Assembly (NCBI RefSeq): GCF_009914755.1
Contig: NC_060947.1
From: the human T2T-CHM13v2.0 reference genome, Homo sapiens
DNA length: 64,000 nucleotides
Strand: one strand, 5' to 3'
Shown here: positions 29,973 to 44,885 of the stretch, one piece after another
Layout of the letters: the number at the start of each line of letters is the position of its first letter
Position numbering within the stretch: the first letter of the stretch is position 1
Translations under genes and position numbers: made by a program
Notes under the pieces: generated by a model
The model's database searches: none
Seen by the model: only the letters and a program-made list of their open reading frames with translations
What the model was told of the DNA's origin: nothing

Positions 29973-30607
29973 TTCTCATTCTTTTTATAGCTCATAGCAT
30001 CCACAGAGGTGGGAAGTACAGTTTGAAAATTCATTAATTAGGGTCCTGTTTACAATTTTATTGTTAACCATAATTGCATGCTTAAAATAGTCTCCTGACT
30101 TCATTCAAGTAATTATAGCCTGTCAGTAAATGATGGGTTTAAATTTCTGCACATATGCTAGAATTTTACGCATCTTGCACTTCACAGCAGGGACCCAGTC
30201 TTAGTCGACACTTTCTTGCTCTGACATCTGCACTCAATACGTAGGGTCTTACTTAAGCAAAGACATAATTGTCCTTCAAAATAAAAGTGTAAACAGGATT
30301 GTGGATCTCAGATTTGTTAACTTCCTCCCTTACTGTGAACATTCTAGTTACACTATCTGCACTGGACTGTCAGCATTGCAGAAAGTCAGCAAGTTGTTAT
30401 ACAAAATAAGAAACTAGAACTCCAAGAAACTGAGGCAAAGCTACAGGTGAAGGGAAAGACCCAGGCAGAGGAGCTTACTAGCCCTGTGAAATTAACCAGG
30501 AGTGTGAGTTCAGTACAAAGTTAGAAGTCAGAAATCAAGGGCTTGGGTCGTAGAAGCCATAAAAGGATCATGGAAGTGAGAAGCAGGCAATGTATCTAAT
30601 ATTTAAG

Positions 30608-30858
30608 ATATATCTATTCAATACCTACTATGTGCAATAATTCATAACAGGCAGTGAGTTAGGTCTTCGTGGGAATGTAAATAAGGATAGCCACTATGGA
30701 AAACAGTATGGAGATTTCTTAAAACACTAAAAATATAACTACTATATGATCCAGTGATCTCACTACTGGAAATTTATCCAACAGAAAAGAAATCAATATA
30801 TCAAAGGGATACCTGCACTCCCATGTTTGGATATAGAAAATAAAAACAAGACAGAGAT
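30608..30858 (-). mobile_element. L2 3'-end remnant interrupted by a copied L1 segment
   Basis: tattcaatacctactatgtgc...caggcagtgagttaggt | ttggatatag...aacaagacag aligns to antisense L2 (cctactatgtgccaggcactgtgctaggtgctgggatacag...aacaagacag). Confidence 0.65.
30662..30828 (+). repeat. 167-bp near-identical duplicate of 26454-26620
   Basis: Base-by-base comparison gives 4 substitutions and no indels. Confidence 0.95.
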
Positions 30859-31946
30859 GTAAAATCCAACATCTAGGCAAACATCCTGAACCGAGTCCTT
30901 TGTAGGAAAAGGCATGAGTTCAAGTATCTGGACAAGCAACTGAGGCAGGAGACATGGAGTTCTAGCAACAAAAAGTCTTGGTAACTGAAGGCAAGTCCCC
31001 CCTTTCTAATCACGGAGTCGCTTCTGTACTTCCATCCAAGGCAAGCTTCACTCCTTGGACATGGCCACCCTCAAGCTCGCAAATGAAAGAATCTTAAAAG
31101 CTGCAGGTGACTGAATGGAAGAATAAAGTTAAAATGAGAAAGATAAATAAATTCTGGCACACATACATAAAAAGTACAAACATAAAAAGTGCATGTTGTA
31201 AGTCCTCCATAAGCCGAACAGTTTTGTTGCTTGTCTGTTTTCGCTTCTCATATTACATTATTCATAGATTGAAATACTCCAAGTCGGATAAAAATCAAAT
31301 GACTTCCTCACCACCAATAAAGGGAAGAGAGATATATATGCACTGGGTTTATGAGGCTGCAAAGGGAAATGTTGGAGAGCGTCTCTATAAAACTAAGGGT
31401 AAGATTCCATTCAAGACAAAGGAAAACAGACACATGCTGAGGATGAAAGAAAACAGCAACAAAATGAAAACAGAAAAATGAAACAAACAGAAGGGAAAGT
31501 TAGCTTCGGGGTATGTTGTAACCACCCAGCCCAACACTCTATCACTATCCTTGGAAGAACCGTGCTATGGGAGGAGAAGAGGCGGGAAGCAATTAAAAGA
31601 TGTGGCCAGATCCTAAAACAAGCTTTCACAATATTAAAGGGTACCAGCTGCTTTTCTTAAAACTCCAATAGACAAAACTGTGAAATTACCTGGCCAAAAA
31701 TGGGGTTCTATTATACAAATTGGAAAAGAATTTTACTTTTTCTCAAATATAATGATTTCATCAAATACACTTCATTACCTAATCATTTGTATCAAAAGGC
31801 TTGAGAAAAATAAATGATCTAATATTTTGTCCGGGAATGAAAACCATGTATTTTACATTATATACAATTTTCAAAATAAATTTGCCCTTGTCTTGCCCTT
31901 GAATATACAATTCCATCATGTATTCTTGGCAGCCAAGATTGATTCA

Positions 31947-32421
31947 TGACTTAGGTTGGATTCCTCCCAGAAGCTGACGCTGACACAAGAATGTGAGTGC
32001 AAGTGGTGTATGTGGGAGATGATCCCAGAAAGCACTGGTAGAAAAACAGGGAAATGTGGCAGGTTAGAAAAGGAAGCCTATACAGGGTGCAATACTGAAC
32101 AGGTCACCACTGAGTAACTGGTATTCTATCCCACTAGAGAAGTCTGCGAGAGAGTATAAAACACCTCAGAGCTATCCCAATAGAAGGACCAGGAGCTGGG
32201 AGTATTTATCTCTCAATTCCCCCCAGTACTTAGGTGAAGGCCGCTTCACTTGGGGGAGGGGGTATATTAACTCCAGCATAGATCCTACAGGCTCCAGAGA
32301 CCAGAGAAAGCACACAGCTAATGAGTTGCAGGTGCTTGCAGTTAAAAGCTGTCAGATGGGTGTACACAGAAATGGTGAGGGCCCAGGAGATATGGGTGTG
32401 GCCACAACAGTATCTGCTGCA
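31947..32421 (-). mobile_element. Old ERVL-class LTR (LTR40/41-like; family uncertain)
   Basis: cttaggttggattcctcccagaagc...gagtgcaagtgg...gggagatgatcccag...gatatgggtg...tatctgctgca resembles antisense ERVL LTRs. Confidence 0.55.
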
Positions 32422-32584
32422 ACACACAACTTCTTCCAGCTACCTGAAGGATGAAGGAATAAGTTCAATGGCATTTCAAGGCATCTTCCAACTTTATAAT
32501 TCTTTGATTATGTAAAGAAAACATGTAAAAGTGTTCTAATTACTATAATATAAAAATATACATGAACACCTGATGATTTAAGTT

Positions 32585-32708
32585 TAAGAAGGCAAGGACC
32601 ATGAGTATCTGGTTCAGTACTATAGCCCCTTGTTTGCACTGTGCCCGTGCTGTGTCTGGCACATAGAAAGCTTTCTAATCAGTCAATGTTTGTTGAACAA
32701 ATGAGTAA
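32585..32708 (+). mobile_element. L2 3' end
   Basis: gaaggcaaggacc...gtctggcacatag...tgtttgttgaacaaatga. Confidence 0.65.
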
Positions 32709-34091
32709 GTAGGTAATTATAATCAAAAGGTACGCAATTCAGTTCACATTTACACTTCTCTGGTCAACTAGTCATCTACAGCCTTGTTTATTTGAACAGA
32801 AGCCTCTTCTCTAACAAAGGTCAGCAAATATTCTACAGAATCAGTTTTCAGTGAGGGAAAGAGTTCCTCTTTAAGCTAACAAATGACTTCATTTTACAAT
32901 AGCATGACAGACAGGTTCTTAATTAATTTGCTAATAGTTTTTCCCTATGTATGGTTATTAACTCTAGATGAGTCTTTAGCCATGACACAATGTGTGCATA
33001 TATCTATGCCACATACAGATGTATTTGCATACATATGAATAAAAGGAAGACCATACAAATGGTTGACTTTATATATATCAATTGTATTTTATGGAACACT
33101 CCCAGGTTTTGACAATTGGTTTAGCACAATTTAGCTACAAGTGCTTAAAATATTCTTGAATATGAAGAAGTAAAATGCTGCCTTTCCACAAGATGCAGGA
33201 AGAAAGTTCGCAAGAAAAATCAGGGCAATTTTGCATAGCAACTTCTATATTTACATATCAACAATCTATTTAATGAGGAACACCAAAAATAGCAGATCAA
33301 GTAAGTCCAGAAGCTGCAAACACAACGCATCCTGCAAAATTCAAAACAATAGCAGTTGAGCAAGCCTGACCTGTGTTTAAATATTGGAAAAATACAATGT
33401 TGCTTTAAAGCAAAACAAAGCAAAACAAATCTCCTGGCTTGCCCTCTTCAAACTAGAAGAACTGTATGCTGATCACATGGGATGTGGTCCTTATCTGCAA
33501 ATCTCAGCTATGCTAGTGAACTCAGTTCTCTTCTGAAGTACTGTCCTGGTCCTGTCAGTGAGTCAATTAGTCATCAGTGAACAAGTACCCACTGTGAGCT
33601 GAACACAGAAATAAACATTATTGAGGGGCAACAAAAGAAACAAGACCCAATTTCTGTCCTTGAAGAGTGAGGACCTGGTTGCTTACATAGAACACACATT
33701 TTAAAATAATAATAATAACCCTTAAAAATGCTTACAAAGAAACATCAAGCAGTGCCAATTAAGAGTGGAGAGAGGAAGAGTAAAAGAGATTGTGGATGAA
33801 GTCTAAAAACCCATAAAGTGGGCGGAGGGGAAAATAAATACTTATTGGCAAATCTTAAAATAGTTGTATTAGCGAAAGAGTTACAAACCAGTTGTGTCAG
33901 ATGGAAGCACTTTGTAGATTATCTAGCCAGCCAGTATGTTTTAAAAATGTGTATTTGAATGACTGTAAGTTCTATCATGCCCTATTCATACCAACCCTGA
34001 TAGTTTCACACATTTATAGTCAGTTGCTTGCCTGCCCAGTGAAACCATTTAAATTTGCTCTCCCTGAGTTACAGGGGAAAAAATATCATTT

Positions 34092-35817
<1,726 letters not shown>

Positions 35818-35977
35818 GTTTAGTTTAGCACACATGAAAGAAAGCCCTACTTCAGCCAAGAGTAATTAGAAATAGGGACTGTGCTACTCACCAAGTGATA
35901 GGGTAAAAATAAACTTCAAAAAAATTGAGATCAGTCAAAAGGTAAACTAAATACAAACAAAACATATCTTTTAAAGC

Positions 35978-36110
35978 AGTGGTTTTCAAACATCAGTGTC
36001 CATCAGAATTACTTGAAGTACTTGCAGACTCTGGCTGGACCCTGACTGAGACTCTGATTGAGGAGATGTGGGATGGGGCCTTTCAAATAGGCACTTACAG
36101 GTGAGGCTAA
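35978..36110. mobile_element. MER5-like fragment
   Basis: cagtggttttcaaac...catcagaattac...ctgatt...ggatggggcc. Confidence 0.5.
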
Positions 36111-36111
36111 T

Positions 36112-36752
36112 TGCTATAGATTGAATTGTGTCCTCATAAAATTCATACACTGATACTCTAACCACCAGTGTGACTGTATTTGGAGTGAGGCATTTAGGAG
36201 GTAATTAATATTAAACAAAGTCAGAAAAGTGGGGCCTAATGCCATAGAATTGGTGGCCTTGCAAGAGGAAAAGAGAAAATGCTCTCTTTCTCTACTCCTC
36301 CCTCCCTCCATCTCTCCCTCTCTCTCTCCATTCCTCTCCCCATCCCCTGGCCTTCACTCTTTCCCTGTCTTCCTCTTCCCCTTTCCCTCTCCCCATCTTT
36401 TTCCCAGTCCCACCCTCTCTCTCTTCCACTCTTCCTCTCTTCCTTCCCTCTCCTCCCCCTTTCTCCTCTTATCATCTCCCTCCCTTCCACTTCCCACTCC
36501 TCTTTTCTCACTCCTTCTTTTCATTCCCCCCTCCCTCTCCATGCTCCATGCTCTATATGCACTCAAAGGAAAGGCCATATCAGGACAAAGTGGCTATCTG
36601 CAAGCCAGGAAGAGGGCCCTCAGCATAAACAGATGATGCCAGCACCCTGATCTTGTACTTCCCAGCCTCTAGAACTGTAAGCAAGTACATTTCTGTTGTT
36701 TAAGCTACCCAGCCCATGGTATTTTTTCTAGCATCCCAAGCTGTCTAACACA
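36112..36752 (+). mobile_element. MLT1A-like solo LTR with an expanded CT tract
   Basis: tgctatagattgaattgtgtcc...tctgcaagccaggaagagggccctca...cttcccagcctctagaactg...ctaacaca. Confidence 0.85.
36282..36540. repeat. ~260-bp polypyrimidine (CT-rich) tract
   Basis: Directly visible. Confidence 0.92.
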
Positions 36753-37527
36753 ACGAGGCAGGTCATCCCCTAACCTCACTTTTTCCTGGACAGACCTCCC
36801 TATATCCTGGGCCTCCTAACAAACATGGATTACTTCTGCTACTACTATTTTCTACCCCAGCGCCTCTGAAGGTTTCAGTGGCAAAGCCCAGGAAAAGTAC
36901 ATCATCATACTCTCAAATGAAAGGGGCAGGAAAGCATGAGGGATCAGTTGTTATTGTCAGAATGGGGTGGCCCAAGAAGCCTGGGAAGGCAATTGTGATG
37001 TTGAAGATGGGACAGAGTTTCCACAGGCAAAGATGGAGAAGAAGGAGAGTCTAGGCTGGTTCCTCTTCCTTCCCCCAAGTGCAATTGTCAGGTGGCTGGC
37101 ATTTTGTCTCATTTTCCACTCTAGAATTCAGCCCTAACAAAACCTCCAATCTTCATCTCTAAACATGATTACCATGGTGGTTGAAGTCACAGCTAAGACT
37201 AGCGTAGGTAATTTTGTTGTTGTTTTTTCATGGGTTTCCTACCTTTTTTCAACCTCAGTTCAAGTGTAAACATTCCAAGTACAAACTCTGGGTCCCTACC
37301 ACAACCTCCAGTCAAGCTACTCCATCTTAGTACTCCAACTCTCCCTTGCACTCCAGCCATGATATCTCCCCATATTTCCTATCCCTATAGCAAAAGAAGA
37401 GGCCACATCTGTTGGGATTGGAGCAAATGGATCAGAGAAGGCTGGGACTCTAGGGATAAGCAAGATTTCCATAGTCAGAGATAGAGGGAAGGTAATTCCC
37501 AGTAAGAGCAAAGACATACTGTAAAAT

Positions 37528-37703
37528 ACTGTCTTTCAAACTTTATTATACCTCAGTGTCACCTGGAAAGCCAGTTATAATTAAGATTTGGGGGAAGCCA
37601 TTCTAATTCAGTAGGTCTGAGGCCCAGGAATCTGCATTTTAACCACCATTTTTTAGCTTACTCAGGTGGAGGCAATCAAAATATCACACTTTGACAACAA
37701 CTA
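37528..37703. mobile_element. MER5A-like remnant
   Basis: tcacctgga...ttctaattcagtaggtctg.ggcccaggaatctgcattttaac...cacactttga. Confidence 0.65.
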
Positions 37704-38179
37704 TTTGGATCCACTGGTTCAGTAGCACAATCCTTCACACAGATGTGACATCATATATCTGAGTTCTAGTCTAAATGGGAGAAGTGAGCTCTTTCCTTGC
37801 GATGGACAAGGACAAGGGAGAATAAACAGTCCTCCAAAGTATTTTAAAATAAAGGATGAAATTTGCTAGAGGAGAGGCCTGACATTGGAGTTTCAGGGAC
37901 TGTAACCACGCATTTCAGATTTCCAACTTCTTCCCTAACACCTAAAAGCAGAACATGCTTTTAGTTTCCTGCCAGTGACCTGTTATTTTGCCCCCTCTAC
38001 AACAGTTTTTAAGTTGCTTTTCCTATCTGAGTCCATATTTTGCTTCAGGTCAGAAAACCTCCACATCACCACCAGATGTTTCTTAAAAAAAAAAAAAAAA
38101 AAAAAGGTCTCAACAATACTTCTTCTTTGCTTAATATTTTTATGATAATTGTTCCCTAACTTCTGTGTACACTATTTAA

Positions 38180-38335
38180 AGAGCTTATTTTTAAAATGCA
38201 GATTCTTGGGCCTGACATCTGTTCCCCCCCCCGCCCCACCCACACACACACATTTTAATATTTTAATTCTGTAGATTAAGGGTATGGCCCAGGAATATGC
38301 ATTGTAACAAGCTCCCCAGGTAATTCTGATGCAAA
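38180..38335. mobile_element. MER5A/B-like remnant
   Basis: aaaatgcagattcttgggcc...ggcccaggaatatgcatt.taacaagctccccaggtaattctgatgca. Confidence 0.7.
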
Positions 38336-39749
38336 CTCTGGATAGATGCTCATAAATTTATGTAGGATCTATCCCAGGAACAATTTGCACTGCTCACTGG
38401 GGCCTTTAAGAGATACCATTCAACTCTTAGGACTGTCAAGCTCTGCAGTGGATGCGTGGGAGAAATGTTTGGGGCCTGAGAATCTTCCCGAGTTTGGGAA
38501 ATCCCACAGGCTTCGAGGTTCCTGACCAGAGGAGGAATATGATAAAAACACAAAGTGATTATTTGAAAAACTACATACAAGCACAACCGTAGAGGAGATG
38601 GGATTAGAGACTGAGAAGAACTAAGCCAAAGGTTGAGGAGCTTCACAAATAAACTCAATGAGTCTCCTAATAGAGTAACTTCATTTTGTTTTTTGTGTAT
38701 TTCTTTTTTGATTGTTTGGTTTTGGCCTTGAAAAACTTTAATGAAAGTGGAATCCTGGAAAAATATGGCAAAAGAGAAAACAAAAAACAAAAACAAAAGG
38801 CTTCCTCAGAAAAGGAATGAATGGATCTCAGGAATTAGCTGCTTTGTGCAAATCTAGGCTCAGTGTATGCAACCTTGCTTCATTTTCCTGCTGCACTTTT
38901 AAGTCAGAGGAGAAAAAGTGTTTAGAACAGAAAAGCAAAAAGAAAGGACAAGCAAGAAGCAAAGCAGAAAATACATTCAGTGCCTAGGGGATTGGCACGG
39001 GGGTGGGGTTGGGGAAAGGTGGGGAGAAACAGACGAGAATTTAGAGCAGGATTTTTTTTTTAATTGAGTAAGGAAATAATTCCACAGCACTAAGAGCCAC
39101 ATCACACTAGAGACTGAGCAGAGCAGCCCAGACCAATAACGCATGCCATATGGTGAGTTAGAAGCCAAGTGTGCCTGGCGCCCTCAGCTCAGAGAAAAGT
39201 CTACCTTTCAGAAGCTGATAATTTTGCCGACCACCTGGGGTTCTTTCACTGTGGCATCCCTGGGGACATGAGACTGCATTGTTTCCCCCAGCAAAACCTG
39301 GTAGATATGTCAAGCATAGGAGGATTTTTCAAACTACATGTTTCAGTGCAGCCAATAATGAGGCAGTCAGTGTGCTTAAAAGGAAGAGTTTGCACTGATT
39401 TCAGTCATTGGGCCAGTAAAACGACTTTATTAGAAATTATCATTAATAACACCTAATGTCAGGGATTTTCATGATGGCCCTGCTGATATCCCACATCGCT
39501 ATCTTAGATTTTTTACTACTGTACTTCAATAGATGAGGTGTAGAACCTTGCTCTGGACTTATTCTTCTATTTTCATGTGGGCACACACGCTTCCCTCACA
39601 CACACTGAGCCCCCACAGTAAAACTCCCGTGTCCTATGTGCCATTAACTCAGGCACATGGATGAGTGACTGCTAATCTGATAACCATGTCCAGCCTACTG
39701 TGTTAATGAAAACGAATATCCTAATGATCATATAAAAATGTGTCAGGTT

Positions 39750-39975
39750 GGTAGCATAGTGGTTAGGAGTCAACTACAGCTGGTTTCTAATGCTGGCTCT
39801 ATCAGCTATTAGCTGCCTGACCTTGAGATGGTCATTAAATCACTGTGTGCCTCCATTTGATTTCATCTGCAAATCAGAAGTTTTGTCAGGGGATTTGCCA
39901 GTATTCAATGAGATCATGTATGTCTAGCATTCAGCACAGAGCCTATCTTATAACAAATGTCCAAATGTTTTTAGC
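39750..39975 (+). mobile_element. MIR remnant
   Basis: gtagcatagtggttaggag...ggtttctaatgctggctct...tgaccttg...catctgcaaa. Confidence 0.7.
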
Positions 39976-40588
39976 CATTTTGATGTTGCTGCTGATTCTA
40001 CTCCTCTCCAGGACTGTTCAGATTTCAATAGGGAAGTTCTAGAGACACGTTAGCAACAGTCATCCTGGGTATTTATGAAGGAGTAGGAAGGGGAGTTGAG
40101 CTTGGGGCCTTATTAATTCCAGCACAACCAGGGCAGAACTCATCAGATTTCCTGAATCGTTCCTCACTGATGGCTTGGACCATGCCTCTTAGTGTTTCCA
40201 TTTCTGGTCCACAAAATGGGATTGTACTGAGGCCAAATTGTCTCCTCTATATGAAAGGAAAGAAAGGGGGCCTAAAGAAAATACGAGGTGGGACTGCTGT
40301 AGTCCTTTGTATTCCTCAGTGTGCTATTTTTGGCACTCTGTCCTCACAGTATGTCTCTGTTTTTCATTCCTTGCCAGAACCAAATTCCAATTAGGAGTTC
40401 ATCAACAGTAGGAATTCTGCCGCAGAGAATAAAATAATTGTGACATGTTTGTTTTAAAGCTGATTTTTAGTTAATAAAACATCTGTTGGGGATAACTGGT
40501 GCCTTACAAAAATTCTTTTATAAATAAATCAGGAAGTTGACAGGTCCAAAAGCAATATCTATATATAGACAATACTAATGATAGAGAG

Positions 40589-40622
<34 letters not shown>

Positions 40623-40909
40623 TACATACACATTTCAGACTACATGTACAGCAGCTGATTAGGTATCTAATTAAACTTCTACTCGGGGCAGTCAGGAAAT
40701 GTCCTAAACCTCATTTATCAATGAGATAAACTGGAAAAGACTAGTGCAATAGAAGGTATCACATGTGCAACATTAATAAACAAGCAAACTATAACCACAC
40801 AGGGACAAAAATTCAATAGGGACTCCAAAGGACTCTATCTTCTAGAGTGAAGAAATTATACCCTTAAGATCAATGGCCTTTTCAAGCAAAAGGAAAAAAT
40901 AATAATTTA

Positions 40910-41580
40910 ATACATAGAAACAGAGAGTAGAATGTTAGTTACCAGGGGAAGGAGGTTGGGGAGATATAGGTCAAAAGGTGCAACGTCTAGGAATGTAATG
41001 TACAGCATGAGGACTATAGTTAATAATATTGTATTGTATAGTGAAAATTTCCTGAGGGTGGATTTTAGGTACTTTTACCACACGCGTACACACACACACA
41101 CACACACACACCCCTACCCCTTCCCACACACACAAGCTAACTATATGAGACCAGAGATATGTTAATTTTTTTGACTGTAGTAATTATTTTACTATGTACA
41201 GTCATGCATCACTTAATGATGGGGATTTCATCATTGTGAAAACATCATGGAGTGTACTTACACAAACCTAGCTATAGCCTAAGACACACTTAGGCTATAT
41301 GGTATAGCCTATTGCTCCAAGGCTACAAACCTGTACAGCATGTTACTGTACTGAAAACTGTAGACAATTGTAACACAATGCTAAGTATTTATGTGTCTAA
41401 ACATATCTATACATAGAAAAGGAACAGTGAAAATACAGCATTATAATCTTATGGGACCATCATTGTATATGTGGTCTGATGTTTGGTTGATTAAAACATC
41501 ATTATGTGGTGGGGGGCTGTATATGTATATCAAAATATCATGTTATACACCTGAAATATATACAATAAAAATGTTTAAAA
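40910..41580 (+). mobile_element. L1MA/MB 3'-end fragment split by Tigger3a
   Basis: catagaaacagagagtagaatg...aatgtacagcatgaggactatagttaataata...resumes atatgtatatcaaaatatcatgttatacacc. Confidence 0.8.
41199..41519 (+). mobile_element. Tigger3a (MER7A)-like TcMar DNA transposon
   Basis: cagtcatgcatcacttaatgatgggg...ggctacaaacctgtacagcatgttactgtactga...ctg; flanked by TA on both sides (41197-41198, 41520-41521). Confidence 0.88.
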
Positions 41581-42090
41581 CCCAAGATGTCACAAGGTAG
41601 AGCACAGAAAAAAGATCTAAGCAGTGTATTAACAACTCTTAGTGAGTATTCCCCGAAGCTTCCATTTATCCCACCACCCCCATTCTAATCTTGGTTTAAG
41701 TTGATCATGATTAAATTAATCTGATCATTAAATAACGCTAATGAGAGAAGAGGTGATGATCCAGACACATTTATTTTTACCATAGCCAGGACTCATTGCC
41801 CCTATAGCCATGGCATCTAGGATCCTGGGGCAATAAATGCAAATGGAATCAGAGAACAGAGACTGACCAACCAGAATCTATGTAAGTAATATGGACACAT
41901 AACAAATTCCTCATCATAAATATCAACATCCACACCTCAAGACTGTTTCAGGGAGAAAGGCTTTCACAAAGCTTTTATAGGCTCCACTTCTCCAGTCCCC
42001 TTCTCCTAAATCTGTCCCCCTCCCAGATACAACAGGCATATAACCAAAGTGGGTGGTAGTGGAAAGATCATAAGAAACAATATAAATTAG

Positions 42091-42447
<357 letters not shown>

Positions 42448-43989
42448 AATACTATGTTTTTTACTGTCTTATCTCATCTGTTGATTTCCGAACCAGGCCA
42501 AGACAGCACTCCTTGATAATCATGCCAAACTTCAAAAATTTTGAATTCTTGATTTTTATGTACCAGGCTTGAGAAACATACATTTTCCTCTTTTCCCACC
42601 TTTATTCTTGTTTACAGGGGTTCTATAATGGGGTCCAAGCCATGAGTGCATGACAGGTATTTCAGCTCAATTAGATGGGGAAGGAAGAAAGAAACAAAGG
42701 AAAGCCATAGGTGGATGGTCACTCAAAATCTTTAAGACTTTCTGACAATTAGGATCCTGACTGAGAATGGGGCTGGGAGCAAAGTTTGTTTCTATACCCC
42801 CTTCCTACTTCACTGTTAATTCTATATTAATGTTTGACTTTTCTATGATTAATATTGTGATTAGCAATCATAACAATAGCATTATTAATATTAATTATTG
42901 GGATGATAATGTAGTGGTGGCCTTTGGAGAGATCTCATCTAGGTTTTTGCTTTATAATTTATCAGTAACAGGAATGGTGGATATTCTAGGAAAAGGAATA
43001 CAGTACACTGCTGTGAGTTTTCTATTGTCCATCAAATAGACCCCAGTGTGGTACCTAACCAAAACAAAGTGGTGCTCTCAATTCCATGCAACTCATCAGG
43101 CATCTTGTGGGCCTTACCATGCTACCCAGCCTCAAAAGCAAATGCCAACTGAAAATCCCATCATGTTTTCTCAAAGTGACTGAGCCAATGTTTTTCTGTC
43201 AAATTTAAGAGCACACAATGTCAGCAGACAGGTCCACATTGCACCTCTGTCACTACATTTTAGACTCTCTAAGTTCCTATAAGCTCTGTGGATGTTCAGA
43301 TCATGCTGTGACCCGGCTGAGGGTTGTTCCATTTGCCACAATTCTCCCATTAAGGTTTTCCCTGCCAGGCTTTCAACATGCAGACATTAACAAAAAGCAA
43401 GATCCAACTGCAGCTGTATCACCTATTGTCCCTCAACAATTGGAAACTAACACATAGTTGGCAGAGGTTTAATCTCTAGCTATGGCAACCCTGTGTGTGC
43501 CCCCAATTACCATGACCCTCAATTACTCAGAGGCCCAGCTCCCCAGGAAAGGAAAGCACGATAAGGCAGGTCCCCTTAGTGCCTTTCCCTGTGATGTGAT
43601 CTCTGTGGCCCAAAAAGAGACAGAGGGATCCATCAGGAACCTAAGAGCTATTAATCTCAGGACATTCCTTCCAACCTGAAGAATGCCCCTTCACTTGTTC
43701 CTGTTATTAATGTATAGAGCTGATTCAAAACACTGTGCTTCCATGCCAAGATTTCACTTTGGGATTTCTTTATCTTTTCTAGCCTGCTCTGTGCCTTACA
43801 TCAGATGGTGTGTTATGGGGGAGGGAGGAAGCAAGGAGCCAGAGAAGGGAATAATAGGGAAAGGAAAAAAGAAAGAAGAATCTATGGTTTTTGTAATGAA
43901 AGCCTGCCTTATGTCAACTAAGTAGCTCTCTCTAGCCTGCAACAAAATCTGAAATTTCAAACAGCACTTATACTTTTGACATTATTTCA

Positions 43990-44180
43990 ATCCAACCGAG
44001 ATATATAGGACATCTACTTAAAGTGAGGCACCATGCTAGACTACGTAGGAGATGTGGTCCCCAGGCTTTAAGAAGATTTAGTATACAGGGGAAATGAGAA
44101 GGACAAAAGTAACTGGGAAAGACTAGGAAATGCAATGGGTACTCTAGTAGAAGCACAAGGAAATAAAAGATATGAAAGCA
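43990..44180 (-). mobile_element. L2 remnant
   Basis: catctactt...aggcaccatgctag...tggtccccagg..ttaagaag.ttta. Confidence 0.5.
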
Positions 44181-44674
44181 TAGACATTTCTTGGGAGAGC
44201 ACAGGGAGTCTCCACTAGGATTTCAGAGTATTGCTGAGTGGCAGGATGCTAAGAAGCATGAGAGAAAGCACCAATACCATTTCTTGAGCTCCTTCTCCAA
44301 ACTGTAAGACTTTAAAACATGTCAAATGTGGTTTCCGACCTAGCTTAACATATGGAGTCAGCACTCATCTCTGTCCCATCGTTTGAGGAGCAAAGAACAC
44401 CTCCTCACCTCAAAGTCCATCCCTGACCAGGAAATTCTATAAACTGAGATAGCCTACCTAGACATGTCCCTTTCTGCTGCTTTTTTCTAGCTCCCATTTT
44501 TCCTCCAGAGGAGATAGATAGATGAAAGTCACATCAAGTACAATGCCAGAAAGGCCCTGGAGAAACCTGAGGGTCCCAGGTACCCAGGTGGAGCCGAGAT
44601 GGAGACTCAGGGGAATAATAAAGGATGGATAATACCACTTGGGCCAAACTCTGCCAAATAGCCTCTGCAGGGAG

Positions 44675-44885
44675 CTGGTTAAGAGAAAGCTTCTGGAGTC
44701 AGGCACCCTTAGCTTTGACTCCTGACTCTGTCACTTAATCTTAGATAATTTACTTTACCTTTTTGGACATTAATTTCCTCACCTACGCAACAAAGATAAT
44801 GATGCCTACTTCATAGGGATGTCCCAGTGTTTAAATGAGATAATGTTGGTATAATGCTGGGAGATCATGAATGCTCAATAAGCAG
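44675..44885 (+). mobile_element. MIR SINE
   Basis: tggttaagag...tctggagtcag...tttcctcacct...cctacttcataggg...taaatgagataatg...tgctcaataa. Confidence 0.8.

Noticed and set aside
36229-36650. Pro/Ser/Leu- and Glu/Arg/Gly-rich ORFs
   Set aside because: Artefacts of the CT-rich tract.
38085-38105. Isolated poly(A) run as an extremely truncated retro-insertion
   Set aside because: No TSD and no adjacent element body.
41272-41310. Hairpin tatagcctaag…cttaggctata
   Set aside because: Internal feature of the Tigger3a element.
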